The position numbers were made by a program, and so were the translations under genes. From assembly GCF_963514075.1 (NCBI RefSeq), contig NC_083761.1, positions 49,861,777 to 49,925,776 on the forward strand: a stretch of DNA of 64,000 bases, in the 5' to 3' direction. Positions 35,066 to 46,317 of this stretch are shown in pieces. The DNA is from Conger conger (lineage: Eukaryota). The notes below the pieces were generated by a model. That model searched no databases. It was given only the letters and a program-made list of their open reading frames with translations, and was not told where the DNA came from. Numbering within the stretch: position 1 is the stretch's first letter; each line of letters starts with the position of its first letter.

Positions 35066-37589
35066 TTTGTAAGATGGGGAGCAGTAATATCAGCACTATA
35101 GATGAGGGTCCTCTTCTGCCTTTATTAACCATTTGATTCTCTCAAAATTAAAATGTTTAATTAGTTTTAATTTTTAATTAAATAGCTTGAATAGTCTAAA
35201 ATATGACAGAACTAAAAACAACACTACTTAACCCCTTAAATATCACCCCTTTTCTTGACACAGGCTTAAAAATGATATAGCCAAAATATAATGGTTACTA
35301 TTCTCAAACCCTTTTGATTACAGGCATAATCCTGGTGTCTTCTGAAAGATAACCTTTTGGGGTTCAGAATACTGAAATATTACAAAAACAAAGATACAGA
35401 AGCTCAACCACAAAGAAAGTGGAAGCTTTTTTCTCACAGAAAAGATTTTCTGTATTTGACTGGATACAGACTATTGTAGCTGTGGCTGATGCACTTAAAA
35501 ACATAATGAAGTAAAGTCACAACAGTAGACACTCCCCTTTCCCCTTTCAAATTTGAGGACAATACCACCAAAAATGAGCATTCTGCATAGTTTTTTCTAA
35601 TCTAGGTCTAGGCAGTTTTTCTAAAAGGATATTTGGATACTCCAAAAAGACACGTGGAAATAAAATAAAATTATGGGTCCTCCTAAGACCCGCACTCTTT
35701 TTTGGTATGCATTTTTAATTTCTCTTTGCTATTTGGGCTTATTGTCCAAGCATGTGTACGCCAGGTCTTAGGAGGTTAAGTATAAAATACAGCATTTCTT
35801 ACTAAACTTTTTATCCTGAGAAAGTGTTTACACTTCCCCAACCTCTCTGTCCCAAACTCGCTTTCCGTTTGATGCATTTTCTCTGCAATTACGTTCAGTC
35901 AGAGGCAGTTGTACTTTGGCTCCTCCTGTTCGAGAGAGCCTACACAACGCAGATAATAGAATTTCTATGTACTTTTGTAGAATTATACAACAGCGAAATG
36001 GACAACAATGATAATTCCTCGCATTTTTAGAATGAGAAACTATTATGCATTGGGTTCGCTGGACACAGGGCACTGACTACCATATTTCTTGCAGTATGTG
36101 GATTTACAAAATGCAGAGAAGGTGAGGTCCTCCCACACAAGTTTGACTGCTGATTTAAGCAAAGGCATCTAAAAATAGGTTATACAGATAGAACCGTTAG
36201 TTAACGCTTTTAAAGTGTATATCCTGCTAACATTTTTATTTCTTTATTTATTTTTTTTATTGTGCCCTTATGAAGGGAAAAAACCCCCCAAAAAAACAAC
36301 ACACAGCTTAAAAAAAACCCTGGTCAATGGGGGCCCCTTTGCATGCAGTGTCAGGTTTTGTACTATTCTCCCCACATTTCCCAATCTAAAAGCTGCAATG
36401 GTGCCGATTTTAGTGCTCTCCACGGTATAGTTGAAAATCTATTGAATTTTTTTCATAAAGAATAAAACAAAATTAAACCCAGTTCTCACACTAAAATGTA
36501 TGGTGTGTATTCTCTGGTTCTTGTATCAGTACTTACCATCATGGTTGCTAACCTATTTAATGGTTTTAATTTTTGTTTTAATCAAACATATGTGAAATTT
36601 CCAGACCTAAAGACTACAGCATTGCTCTTCACTGGTTCTTTGGACTGTGGAGTTTTAGAACTTAAGAGCTATTATTCACGCTGATCGGAAACTTTTGCCA
36701 TTTTGAATCTCCTACATTTCTTATCGCTGCACCTTTTAGACGGTCCCTAAAATCTCAGTGGGCTGATGGATTGCCATAGAGATCAATGTAATTCCAGTTC
36801 CCATAACGCAAGTAATAGTGTCGAAAAAAGTTTGTGTTTTACGGTCTACCTTGCCACGGCTCAAAATGTATCAGTTTAACAGTGATCTGATTTGGACGTT
36901 TAGTTCGTGAGCTACTGACTTCGGAATTCGGAATTCGGAATATCCCAATATAAAACTGACTATACGGCAACCCTAAAAGTCGGCTGCATAAACCATATCT
37001 ATGTTACTCAAAATACAGTAACATTAGCTAGATAACAAAGGTCGAAGTCGCGGAATACCGGGCTCGAAAAGGCTAAACTAATTTAAACTGCGAATCTATC
37101 GTAAAGCTACAAAATATAGGCTAGTTTACTAAAATGCAAGTTTGCTTCCAAACTGCCTCGCTGTGAGCACACGAGAATGGAAAAAAAAACAATCTAGCCA
37201 TGTAAAGAAAACTGTTCATAGCTACCTTCTTAAATATAATGAAAGTTCCTGTCAACTGTGTTGCGATCTTCCAGGCCTGGACTGTTTGTTCCCGTTTCCT
37301 TGTCTACCTTAGTCACCAAGGCTAAATCAAATGTTATTGGTTGACATGAAGGCGACCAATTATTTGCAGTTAGCACACCCACCCAGTTGCAACGCCGAGC
37401 CTGGATCAGCGTTATGCTTTGTGGAATTTTATTCACTTGTGAAGATGGCTGAAACGGCTGATCTTGGATCAGCGCATATCGCACGAAGCCCACATTCGCC
37501 AGGCGTGGTAGCGAATCACAGCAGCCATGTCCAACAACTGTAACCAGTGGGTCCGCTCAATTTGCCTGCGGTACGTTGGGGCGTAGTCT

Positions 37590-38050
37590 GCACATCATTT
37601 AAAGGTACAATATGTAATTTCGGACTTCTGACAAGAGCGGAATTGCAGCAACAAACATCCTCAAACTACAACACTGTTTATCCCTCCCCCTTCTCTGGGA
37701 ACATGCTGACATGCCTCGCAATCTGTTAAAAGTACAATAGGTAAGATTGTGTGAAAACATTGTTACAAATCCCTTCCTATCACTGACACGTTGACTCACC
37801 CTCTGCCTGTGTTTATAGTCCTTAAATTTGGGTTTCTAAAAATGCAGTTGACCGGCCGGCACTCTGTACCAAAACATTGCATAGCTGTACAATAATTCAA
37901 ACTCAATGGTTGAAAATTGGTTCTAATTGCCACAGCCAACGTTCAGAGAAGGGGTGGGATAAACAGTGTTGTGGCTGGAATTCCTCCCTTGACCGTTAGA
38001 AGTCCAAAATGACCCATTGTACCTCTAAGCAATATGTACACTAATAATTC
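37590..38050. repeat. Inverted-repeat (MITE-like) structure.
   Basis: 37620-37650 'cggacttctgacaagagcggaattgcagc' is the reverse complement of 37975-38010 'gctggaattcctcccttgaccgttagaagtcc'. 37670-37686 'caacactgtttatccc' is the reverse complement of 37960-37976. Confidence 0.4.
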
Positions 38051-39345
38051 TACAGTTGTAGTAGGCTAATAATGTTACTAAAATCCCACATTAATGGGAG
38101 TGTTTTCATGTAAAGAATACATTTGTATATTACAATGGATGCATTTCGCTCTTTATTGGATAGCTTAATTGCCTTTTAAATTATATTCATGAACAGACGA
38201 TTTCCTAGTCATCATGGTTTCCCAAGTCAAAGTATTAGTCCAAATTCAAATAAACAGTCTAATTCTTATAATCTTATAATTGGTGACCCCTGGTTTGCTC
38301 CTTTGCTCCACTCGTTAACTCCTCTCCTTCACTCCACATACTTCCACTGGAGCGGAGGAATGGAAGTGGCAGAATGGAGTAAAGGAGGGTGGAGTGAAAG
38401 TTAATGGGACCCAGCCAGGGTTAGAGACTGTGTAGTCAAAATCATGACCTTTGTTTGACATCATCGCCAGTCTGCATCTGCACCTGCCCTGTCGCCAAGT
38501 CTGGTGGTACACTGACATAACAATAAATCACGTCAACATATTCTCACCGGATTGTTTGACAGTTAGCTAGCTCCTTGTCTTATTACTTACTACTTACTAT
38601 CTATACAAATTGTATACGATTTAAAAGCACAATGTGGGCTATCAGTGGATATTCTTATTGACTGAGAAAGTTGTCAGGCTAGCATGACCTTGCAAATCAT
38701 GGCCGAGTAGGCGGGGTAGATTGGTATACAAGTGGGGTACGTTGTTACACATTACATATGCTTGACATACAGATGCAATCAACCAAAAACAGACATACAA
38801 ACTAAAATGATTTACTTACTGTAGTACCAGTTAGAAAAATTGCATGGAGCTTTTCTTATTTTGATTGATTTTACTCAGAGCTGACGGAGATGCGCAGGTC
38901 AGCTGAGACGGGACCCAGTATGACTGGATGACAAACTGAGGTGTTCCTGTGAGTTCAACTACAACGTAAAGTAATTTGAATAAAAACAACCAGTTACATC
39001 TCGTATTTACCCAATCTTTAACAATAGAATGAAGAAAGAATTACCTGAATACATACAATAAAAAAAAAACTGCATTTATTAATTTCCCAAACATTTACAT
39101 TTTTTAACAACTAACTGACCGAATGCATGGTAACAAACGACCTGCGGGTGGGGTCCATTGTTGCAATGTAGCTACAAGTTATGTTTTAAGTCAAACTGTA
39201 CCTTTCATGTTTCCTATCGAGTTTAATAAACATCATAAATAGCTGATAGACTGAAGATATTCCCTGCAACATATTGTCACGGTTATGCAAGCGGTCTCTT
39301 AGCAATCGGGTAAAATACAAAAAGTGCCACAACGGATCTCGAACT

Positions 39346-39501
39346 CATTACATTACATTACATTATTGGCATTTGGCAGACGCTCTTATCCAGAGCGACG
39401 TACAACAAAGTGCATACCCATAACCAGGGATAAGTTCGCTGAAAGACCCTTGAGGTAAGTACAATTTCAACTGTTACCTGTACAAGAAAGATAAGGACAA
39501 G

Positions 39502-39537
<36 letters not shown>

Positions 39538-40440
39538 AACAAACAAACAAACAGAGCAAAAGTCACCAAAGTTAACTATCCAAACACTGCTTACCTAGCC
39601 AACTAAAATACTGATACACAAGTCACAGAGACAACAATTAAGGTTCACAGGGAGGTAGGGAGGGATGGGGAGAGGTGCTGTTTGAAGAGGTGTGTCTTCA
39701 GCTTGCGCTTGAAGGTGGGGAGGGATTCTATAGTTCTGACCTCAACGGGGAGTTCGTTCCACCACCGTGGAGCCAGAACAGACGGTAGTCGTGAGCGTGA
39801 GGTGGAGGTTCTGAGAGGGGGAGGTGCCAAGCGGCCTGTGGAGGCTGAACGAAGAGGTCTGGCAGGGGTGTAGGGTCTGATGATTTTTTGCAGATAAGCT
39901 GGGGAAGACCCTTTAACTGCTTGGAAGGCTAGCACCAATGTTTTGAATTTGATGCGAGCCATGACAGGCAGCCAGTGGAGGGAAGTAAGCAGGGGGGTGA
40001 CGTGTGAGTATTTGGGAAGGTTGAAGACCAGACGAGCTGCTGCATTCTGGATGAGTTGGAGGGGTCTGATGGCAGACGCTGGGAGGCCAGCCAAGAGGGA
40101 ATTGCAGTAGTCCAGGCGGGACAGAACCATCGCTTGGACCAGGAGCTGGGTCGAGTAGGGGGTGAGAAAGGGGCGGATTCTCCGTATGTTGTATAGGAAG
40201 AACCTGCAAGACCGGGTCACCGCCGCAATGTTCTCGGAAAGGGACAGTCTGCTGTCCATCACCACGCCGAGGTTCCTTGCACTGGGTGACGGCGTGAGTG
40301 TGGTATCCCCGAGGGAAATGGAGAGATCCAGATGGGGAGAGGTATTAGCAGGGATGAATATCATTTCAGTTTTACCTGGGTTGAGCTTTAGATGGTGGTT
40401 GTCCATCCAGCTCTGGATGTCCCTCAGGCAAGCAGAGAAC
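39346..40440 (-). mobile_element. L2-clade LINE 3' fragment (ORF2 C-terminus plus 3'UTR). It ends in the conserved L2/SINE tail and a (GTAAT)n-type terminal repeat; an A-rich tract lies in the UTR.
   Basis: ORF 39645-40406 reads '...SCRFFLYNIRRIRPFLTPYSTQLLVQAMVLSRLDYCNSLLAGLP...RKLKTHLFKQHL', paralogous to 25728-26444. On the minus strand the 3' end reads 'tgtacgtcgctctggataagagcgtctgccaaatgccaataatgtaatgtaatgtaatg'. The poly-T at 39513-39536 is A-rich on the minus strand. Confidence 0.85.
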
Positions 40441-40626
40441 TCCCCTAACGTTAGTTGATTACCTAGGCTAAATGTCTTGTATGCCTGGTGTCAAACAAAG
40501 ATCATGTTCTCAAACTACTCATCGTAAAAGGTCAACTTTCAGCTTGTTGGAAATATCATTTAAAAAATATTGGATATTGTTGTCAAAAGATAGCAAATTT
40601 AGGTAAAATACCCCTATTCCCCCTGT

Positions 40627-41407
40627 TAGTCCTTGCGCCAAACCATTTTTCAGTACCATCTGGGTGGGCAAATTCTAGATGTGATTTTTTTAGTCCTATA
40701 CATCCCTAGATTATGTTTTGATATGATAGACCTTTTGGTTTGGCAGCTTATTAGTGGTTATCACCTCCTAAAGGTATGGACTGCTTTTGTTCAAAACCGG
40801 AGTTTTGCCAAAAAAAGTCCCCTGCCATATTTTGCTCCCCTTCGTGTTATTTGCTCGTAGCTCGGGCTGTGGGGGTGTTAGAGACATGTTATTGTGGTTA
40901 TTGTTATGCGCCTGAGTCTCCTGAACATGTAGAGTCGATCAGACCTTCCTAGGCCGAGCTATGGTCACTTTTCCGCACCTACCCCCTACCGGTGAATGCC
41001 TAATTTTTGCGGTTTTCCGGAGGTATTGTGCGGTAGATGCGGGAAAGTTACCATAGCTCAGCGTAGGAAGCTCTGATCGACTCGGGGTTGGTATCTACGT
41101 GTACAGGAGACTCAGGCGCATAAAGAACATGTCTCTATCAACCACAGCCCAACCACAGCCCGAGCTACGAGCAAATAACGCGAAGGGGAGCAAAATATAG
41201 CAGGGGACTTTTTTTGGCTCCACCAGAAAAGTTAAAAAGGGTAAAACATTTTACCTAATAGATATCACCATGAAACTTCCTCAGTTGGTTACTTACATAA
41301 AGACTATTATTTTTTTGTATTAAAAGTTTTCTGAATTTTTATGTTTAAATATGCAAATGATGCATTATCTACTTAAAATATGTGTTAATTTGCATAACTT
41401 TCCAGAA
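40627..41407. repeat. Left ~780-bp inverted arm of the composite element (arm A). It contains a ~350-bp near-perfect hairpin palindrome (about 40850-41215, centre ~41010, ~47-nt loop).
   Basis: A is the reverse complement of 46318-47114 over its full length, with asymmetric flanks. Within the arm, 40845-40880 'ccccttcgtgttatttgctcgtagctcgggctgtgg' is the reverse complement of 41150-41195. Likewise 40895-40975 is the reverse complement of 41045-41130. Confidence 0.8.
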
Positions 41408-42774
41408 TAGAAATCTAATCTGTAAAAAAAAATCTAAAAGTAATCTAAGCAAGTCCCCCTGTACAAACCTTTAGAATATGGATAATAACACATACAATAC
41501 ATAAACCCTTTTTGAAGGTTTTGTTTATGTCCAGGTTTCAGTTCAGTGAGTGAGTCTAGTGGCTGGTGACCGCTAGGACCATAGGCAGATGCCTTGTTGG
41601 TAAGTAATTTGTTCAAAGTACTTAAAACAAATAAAGTGTGTGTTTACCCCCTCAAATGAATTAATTTATCTCCAGCCAGATCCATATTTAGAGGTAAGTT
41701 ACCTTAGGTAACTTTAGCTAGCAAGCTAGTTTAGAGTTAGCGGTAATGTATAGCTAGCTAGTTAGCTGGCTAGTTCATAACGGGGTCATTCCTATGTTCC
41801 CCGGGTCCTATTGTCGAGGACCCGGCCCTAGGCCCCCCTGATGACAGATTGACGGGGGATGGGTTTGGAAGGAATGCATTGTTAACCCCTCGCACACGCC
41901 ATCGAGGTGGTAGTAAGAACGCCCGTAAGAAGAAAAATATGTGGTTCAGAGATAATGAGCAGCCATACTTGTCAGTAGAGGAGTCTGAAGTCGGGGGACT
42001 TAGATTTAGGGTTTTAAGGAGCAAGGTTAAAGTTCTGACTGAGAATACCCCAACCCTACAGGGGAGGGGCACAATGCCTGGCTAAAGAAAAAAAAAAAAA
42101 AAGGAAAACGGAAGGGATGTCAATACCGAAAGAAGATTAAGAGGCTTCAAGGGCCTTCCTGATTATAGCACAAATAATTTATCGGATAGATTCAAAGGAC
42201 TGACTGTAGAAGAAGTTGGGGGATGATTTACACTCAGCTATTGGCTGGATGTCCTTTGTAGATCCCTTAAGGCGCCGCGGAGAGGGGCACCTGAAGAGTG
42301 TGTTGAGATGGTGGAGGGCACTAACCGCCGGCTTGTATGAAGTCAAAGTTTGGAGAGAGTCCAAGGAGAGATTATGACAGGGAGACAAATACCAGTGATG
42401 AATAGGTTCATAAAAAAATTACATAAGAGCTAGTGTTTTTCCACTCGTATATTAAGATGGTGGAAATTCCAAAACCGGAGGGGCACATGAAATAAAATAT
42501 TGGGGAAATTTCTTTTGAGATATGAGAAAATGACAATTGGAAAAACAGAAATAATGAATATGGTCATTAAAAAACAAGTTACATAAGAGATAAATGTCTT
42601 CCCGCTTGAAATATCGGGGACATTTCTTATCAAAAAGGTAAACTTTTGTATGCAAAAAAGATATATAAGGAATAAGCTTTTAGACCTTAGGGTGGGATCT
42701 TAGAATTTTGCCTCACAAGATATCTACGAGCTGTTGAAGAGAGAGCAACGCAAGACAGCTGTAGTCAAGCTGGA

Positions 42775-43308
42775 GTGGCACGCTCCCTCTGCCCGCCACT
42801 CCAGGATATGGATATGGAGAGAGGAGTGACGTACGCGGTGCGGACTCAGCCCAAGAGTTGTGGCAGCGGGACTGATGTCGAAGAGGTGTTCATGCGCATC
42901 CCTCATCATACAGAAAAGCTGGTGAAAGAGTTAAAGGGCTTTTACGACATGCTTGGAGCCGTGAACTGCACCTGGAGGCCAACAGACGGGACGCGGGGTT
43001 CCTCCACGCTACAGAACACCTTCCTGCTGGACCCACGCAAGAACCTGAAGCCTCCCCCCCTAACCTCAGTGTCAGTGAGGAGAGGCATATGCTGCGGCAG
43101 CACTGCAAAACCCCCGACGTGTTCGAAGACATACCAGTGCACATCCCATACAACAGGCAGGAGAAGTACGAAGTGCAAAGTCACGTCTTTCGAAAGTCTG
43201 GATCCTGATCCTGCCCCAGATTCCCAAACCAATGCAGCTGTTCAAAGAGCTCATCAACAGCAAGGAGGAGGGATCAAATCCCACAGAAAACGAGATGGCT
43301 ATATTTAG
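42775..43308 (+). other. 177-aa ORF inside the composite element. It has no homology I recognise, so it may be element-encoded or fortuitous.
   Basis: Open frame 'MARSLCPPLQDMDMERGVTYAVRTQPKSCGSGTDVEEVFMRIPHHTEKLVKELKGFYDMLGAVNCTWRPTDGTRGSS...'. It has no splice-supported gene context. Confidence 0.2.
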
Positions 43309-43952
43309 GGCATGGGTGGTAATTATAATCTATATTACTTGTAAAAGTAGGAAAAGTAGTACATAGAAGTAATACATTATAAGTTTCCTTTCATTTTTAT
43401 GTCTTTTATTTTTTAGTAAGATATATACGATATAAATAAGTAGTAGACTTTAGGGGTGTTCGTACCCATTGTATTAATGGAAGTTCAGTAGCTTTTATCT
43501 CCGTGAAGGGGGAGCCATAAGATAAGGTAAAGGCCAAAGAGGAGGATGGATATTTGAGGGGTGTACCTTGACTTTTAAACACCAAGGTGGAAAGGTAAAT
43601 TAGAAAGAGCTAAAGGGGTATATGTAACTTGCATGTGATCAGCAAACTGCAAAAGATGATATGTACACTGTAATCTGTATAACTCTATTCTTTTGATTGA
43701 TTATAATAAAGTATATCTTACTATAATCATATGTGATAAAGATTCTTTAGAGGAATACATTGAATACAGGACATCAAATACCAGATTTGCATCACACCCT
43801 TCACTTCGAGACTGGGCTGGAAGTTCAGTAGAACTTACCAGGGCTCCAGGACGTTCGGAGTACTTGAGTTCGTCCCCGAGACACCTCATTGTGAGGTACT
43901 GCTCATGGGAACGTGAGGTCTGAGCTCGGCAAGGGGTCCGTGGCTCACGACA

Positions 43953-44043
43953 CTATGTTCCCGTTTCCCGAAAAAGGGTCCTATGTTCCCTTGTTTCCTG
44001 AAAAAGGGTCCTATGCTCCCCTGTTTCCCCGGGAAAGACTGCC
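43953..44043 (+). promoter_or_regulatory. Three tandem ~30-bp direct repeats ('ctatgttcccgtttcccgaaaaagggtc' and variants) immediately upstream of the nuclease-like ORF. They are followed by a palindrome 'gccatcctagg...cctaggatggc' (44041-44104) that spans the ATG. Candidate promoter/operator-like or transposase-binding repeats.
   Basis: Seen directly: units at 43953-43980, 43981-44010 and 44011-44043. 'gggaaagactgcc' is repeated at 44031-44043 and 44107-44119. Confidence 0.45.
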
Positions 44044-44099
44044 ATCCTAGGTTTGGGAAATTTGCACGCAGCTGAACCGCTGGATTTCCTAATCCTAGG

Positions 44100-45185
44100 A
44101 TGGCAGGGGAAAGACTGCCGCCGTGGACTACCATGTATGTCGTGATAAAATCATCCAGTCTGATAAAGTTCTTGGTTGAGGATTGGAAAGGACCCAATCA
44201 CAGAAATAAACTACAAGACAAGACCCTATATGTTGCCTGTGAAGAAGTCTGCTTCAAAATCAGCAAGACCCAGTGGAAGGAGGTAACACAGCTCAAATCC
44301 TCTCAGGAAGAAGCTGACACCCGCATGCAATTGCATGCTCTCCATGCAGCAGAGTCTGGCTACAAGGCGGTGATCATCACGGCTGACGACACAGATGTTC
44401 TGGTGTTGACTCTGGGTTTGAGCAAGGACATCCCATGCAGAGTGTACCAAAAATGTGGCACACAGAACAGGACAAAATTCCTGGACATCACAAAACTATG
44501 CCAATCGCTTGGCGATAGTGTTGCTGGTGCCTTCGCATTCACTGGCTGTGACACTGTCAGCGCGTTTGCAGGACGTGGGAAAGTGGGCACCCTCAAACAG
44601 TTGAAGTCAGACAGGACATACCAAGATGCCTTCCTTGAGCCCGGTCGTACTTGGGATGTCTCCGATGAGCTCTTCAAGAAGCTGCAGGAAGTCACATGCC
44701 GCATGTATGTACCCTCTACAAAAACGACATCTGTCAACCTTCTTTGGTACCAACTTTTCTGCACCAGACGTGGAGAGGTCGAGTCCAGCCAGCTTCCACC
44801 TTGTGAGGATTGCCTATTTATGCATTCCATTCGGGCCAACTATCAGGCTGCAATCTGGAGACAGTCTCTTCAAACCCAGCTATCTGTACCAAGCCCCAAG
44901 GACCACGGGTGGACCACAGATGATCAATCGCAGCTGGAAATCCAGTGGATGCGCGGTTCCCCAGCACCAGATGCTGTCTTGCAGTTTCTCTCCTGCAAGT
45001 GTGTGAGGTCGTGCAAACCACCACAGTGCACATGTATCAACAATGGCCTGAAGTGCACAAACCTGTGCAAACTACCAACCTGTGCCAACCAACACAGTGG
45101 GGAAGAGCCTGCTGCACATCTGACAGACTCAGATTGTGTAGCAATAGCAATCGTTTGGTTTATAATATATTATGTGAGAAATTAA
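44100..45185 (+). CDS. Intact intronless 361-aa ORF with an XPG/FEN-family 5'-nuclease signature and a Cys-rich C-terminus. The N-domain is atypical or absent. Putative element-encoded nuclease.
   Basis: I-domain acidic motifs 'SSQEEADTRMQLHA' (cf. FEN1 'SEAEASCAAL') and 'KAVIITADDTDVLVLTLG' (cf. 'AAATEDMDCLTFG'). H3TH-like 'FAFTGCDTVSAFAGRGKVGTLKQL' (cf. '[23 protein letters not shown]'). C-terminus 'CKCVRSCKPPQCTCINNGLKCTNLCKLPTCAN'. There are no internal stops over 1086 nt in otherwise decayed repeat-rich DNA. Confidence 0.55.
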   Translation: MAGERLPPWTTMYVVIKSSSLIKFLVEDWKGPNHRNKLQDKTLYVACEEVCFKISKTQWKEVTQLKSSQEEADTRMQLHALHAAESGYKAVIITADDTDVLVLTLGLSKDIPCRVYQKCGTQNRTKFLDITKLCQSLGDSVAGAFAFTGCDTVSAFAGRGKVGTLKQLKSDRTYQDAFLEPGRTWDVSDELFKKLQEVTCRMYVPSTKTTSVNLLWYQLFCTRRGEVESSQLPPCEDCLFMHSIRANYQAAIWRQSLQTQLSVPSPKDHGWTTDDQSQLEIQWMRGSPAPDAVLQFLSCKCVRSCKPPQCTCINNGLKCTNLCKLPTCANQHSGEEPAAHLTDSDCVAIAIVWFIIYYVRN

Positions 45186-45747
45186 ATGGGATTGGACTTT
45201 TCAAGTAATCTATTGTTAGCCTATTCCTGCAAATATCAGGACAGAAGAAAAATCAATATCACTTTTAATACAGTAAAAAGTACAAATAGTTTCTGGCATC
45301 CAACAGGTCAAGATGTGAATGAAGAGGTAACAGTGACACCTATAGTGGCCTGGAGGCTACAAGTAACAATTGATAAGTTATACAGTAGGGGCCTGTCTTA
45401 TACACAATATAATAGTACTACTTAAAGAGATGCTAGTGTGAGTGACTGGCACTGGAAAAACTTCATTAAGAAGATGTTGGTGTGCTGAAGAAGGGAGTCA
45501 TGAGGCAAATGAGATAGTGGTTTTATTAACCAAAAATAACCAACAAAAATCAGGAAACATAAATTTGCAGCCCTGGGATGCTACAAATATAATTTAAATC
45601 AAAACCACTTCCACAGCCTCACAGGACGCTGTTCTCTCACCAAGGTCAGAATGACCAGCTTATATACATCTTCCTCAGCCCTACATTGGTTGGACTGAAC
45701 CATTATCCCAGGTACAGGGTAGGCTATACAAGAGGAGGTATCATAAA

Positions 45748-46120
45748 TGTTCTTAAGATCCATCCATCCATCCATTATCTTAACCCGCTTATCCTGAACA
45801 GGGTTGCAGGGGGGCTGGAGCCTATCCCAGCATACATTGGGCGAAAGGCAGGAATACACCCTGGACAGGTCGCCAGTCCATCGCAGGGCACACACACCAG
45901 TCACTCACACACTCATACCTACGGGCAATTTTATACTCTCCAATCAGCCTAACCTGCATGTCTTTGGACTGTGGGAGGAAACCGGAGTACCCGGAGGAAA
46001 CCCACGCAGACACGGGGAGAACATGCAAACTCCGCACAGAGAGGCCCCGGCCGACGGGGATTAGAACCCAGGACCTCCTTGCTGTGAGGCGGCAGTGCTA
46101 CCCACTGCACCATCCGTGCC
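45748..46120 (-). mobile_element. tRNA-derived teleost SINE with the common body 'tgtggagtttgcatgttctccccgtgtctgcgtgggtttcctccgggtactccggtttcctcccacagtccaaagacatgcaggttaggc...gataagcgg...(GGAT)n'. It is nested inside the composite element.
   Basis: The reverse complement of 46040-46118 gives a tRNA-like head 'ggcacggatggtgcagtgggtagcactgccgcctcacagcaaggaggtcctgggttctaatcc' with A- and B-box-like motifs. The body matches the copy at 49214-49495. Confidence 0.75.
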
Positions 46121-46317
46121 GCCTGTTCTTAAGATGTAAATGAAAAATATATTTTCAAACATTATATAGGTTGACTGTTGGGACTCCATACACCTACAGG
46201 TTTCACTGCCTTGTGGGCTAAATAAATGTATCTGTGGTCCGTGGATAAACCAACAAGGTCTATCACATCAAAAGATAATCTAGGGATGTATAGTAATTAA
46301 TTACTGGCTTTATCCAA

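Noticed and set aside
39370-39400. tRNA-like segment 'ggcagacgctcttatccagagcgacgtaca' as a tRNA gene
   Set aside because: It is the conserved 3' tail of the L2 LINE copy, which is shared with SINEs. It is not a cloverleaf-capable tRNA.
44360-44839. 159-aa minus-strand ORF antisense to the nuclease-like ORF
   Set aside because: It has no motifs. The sense ORF is much longer and carries recognisable nuclease signatures.
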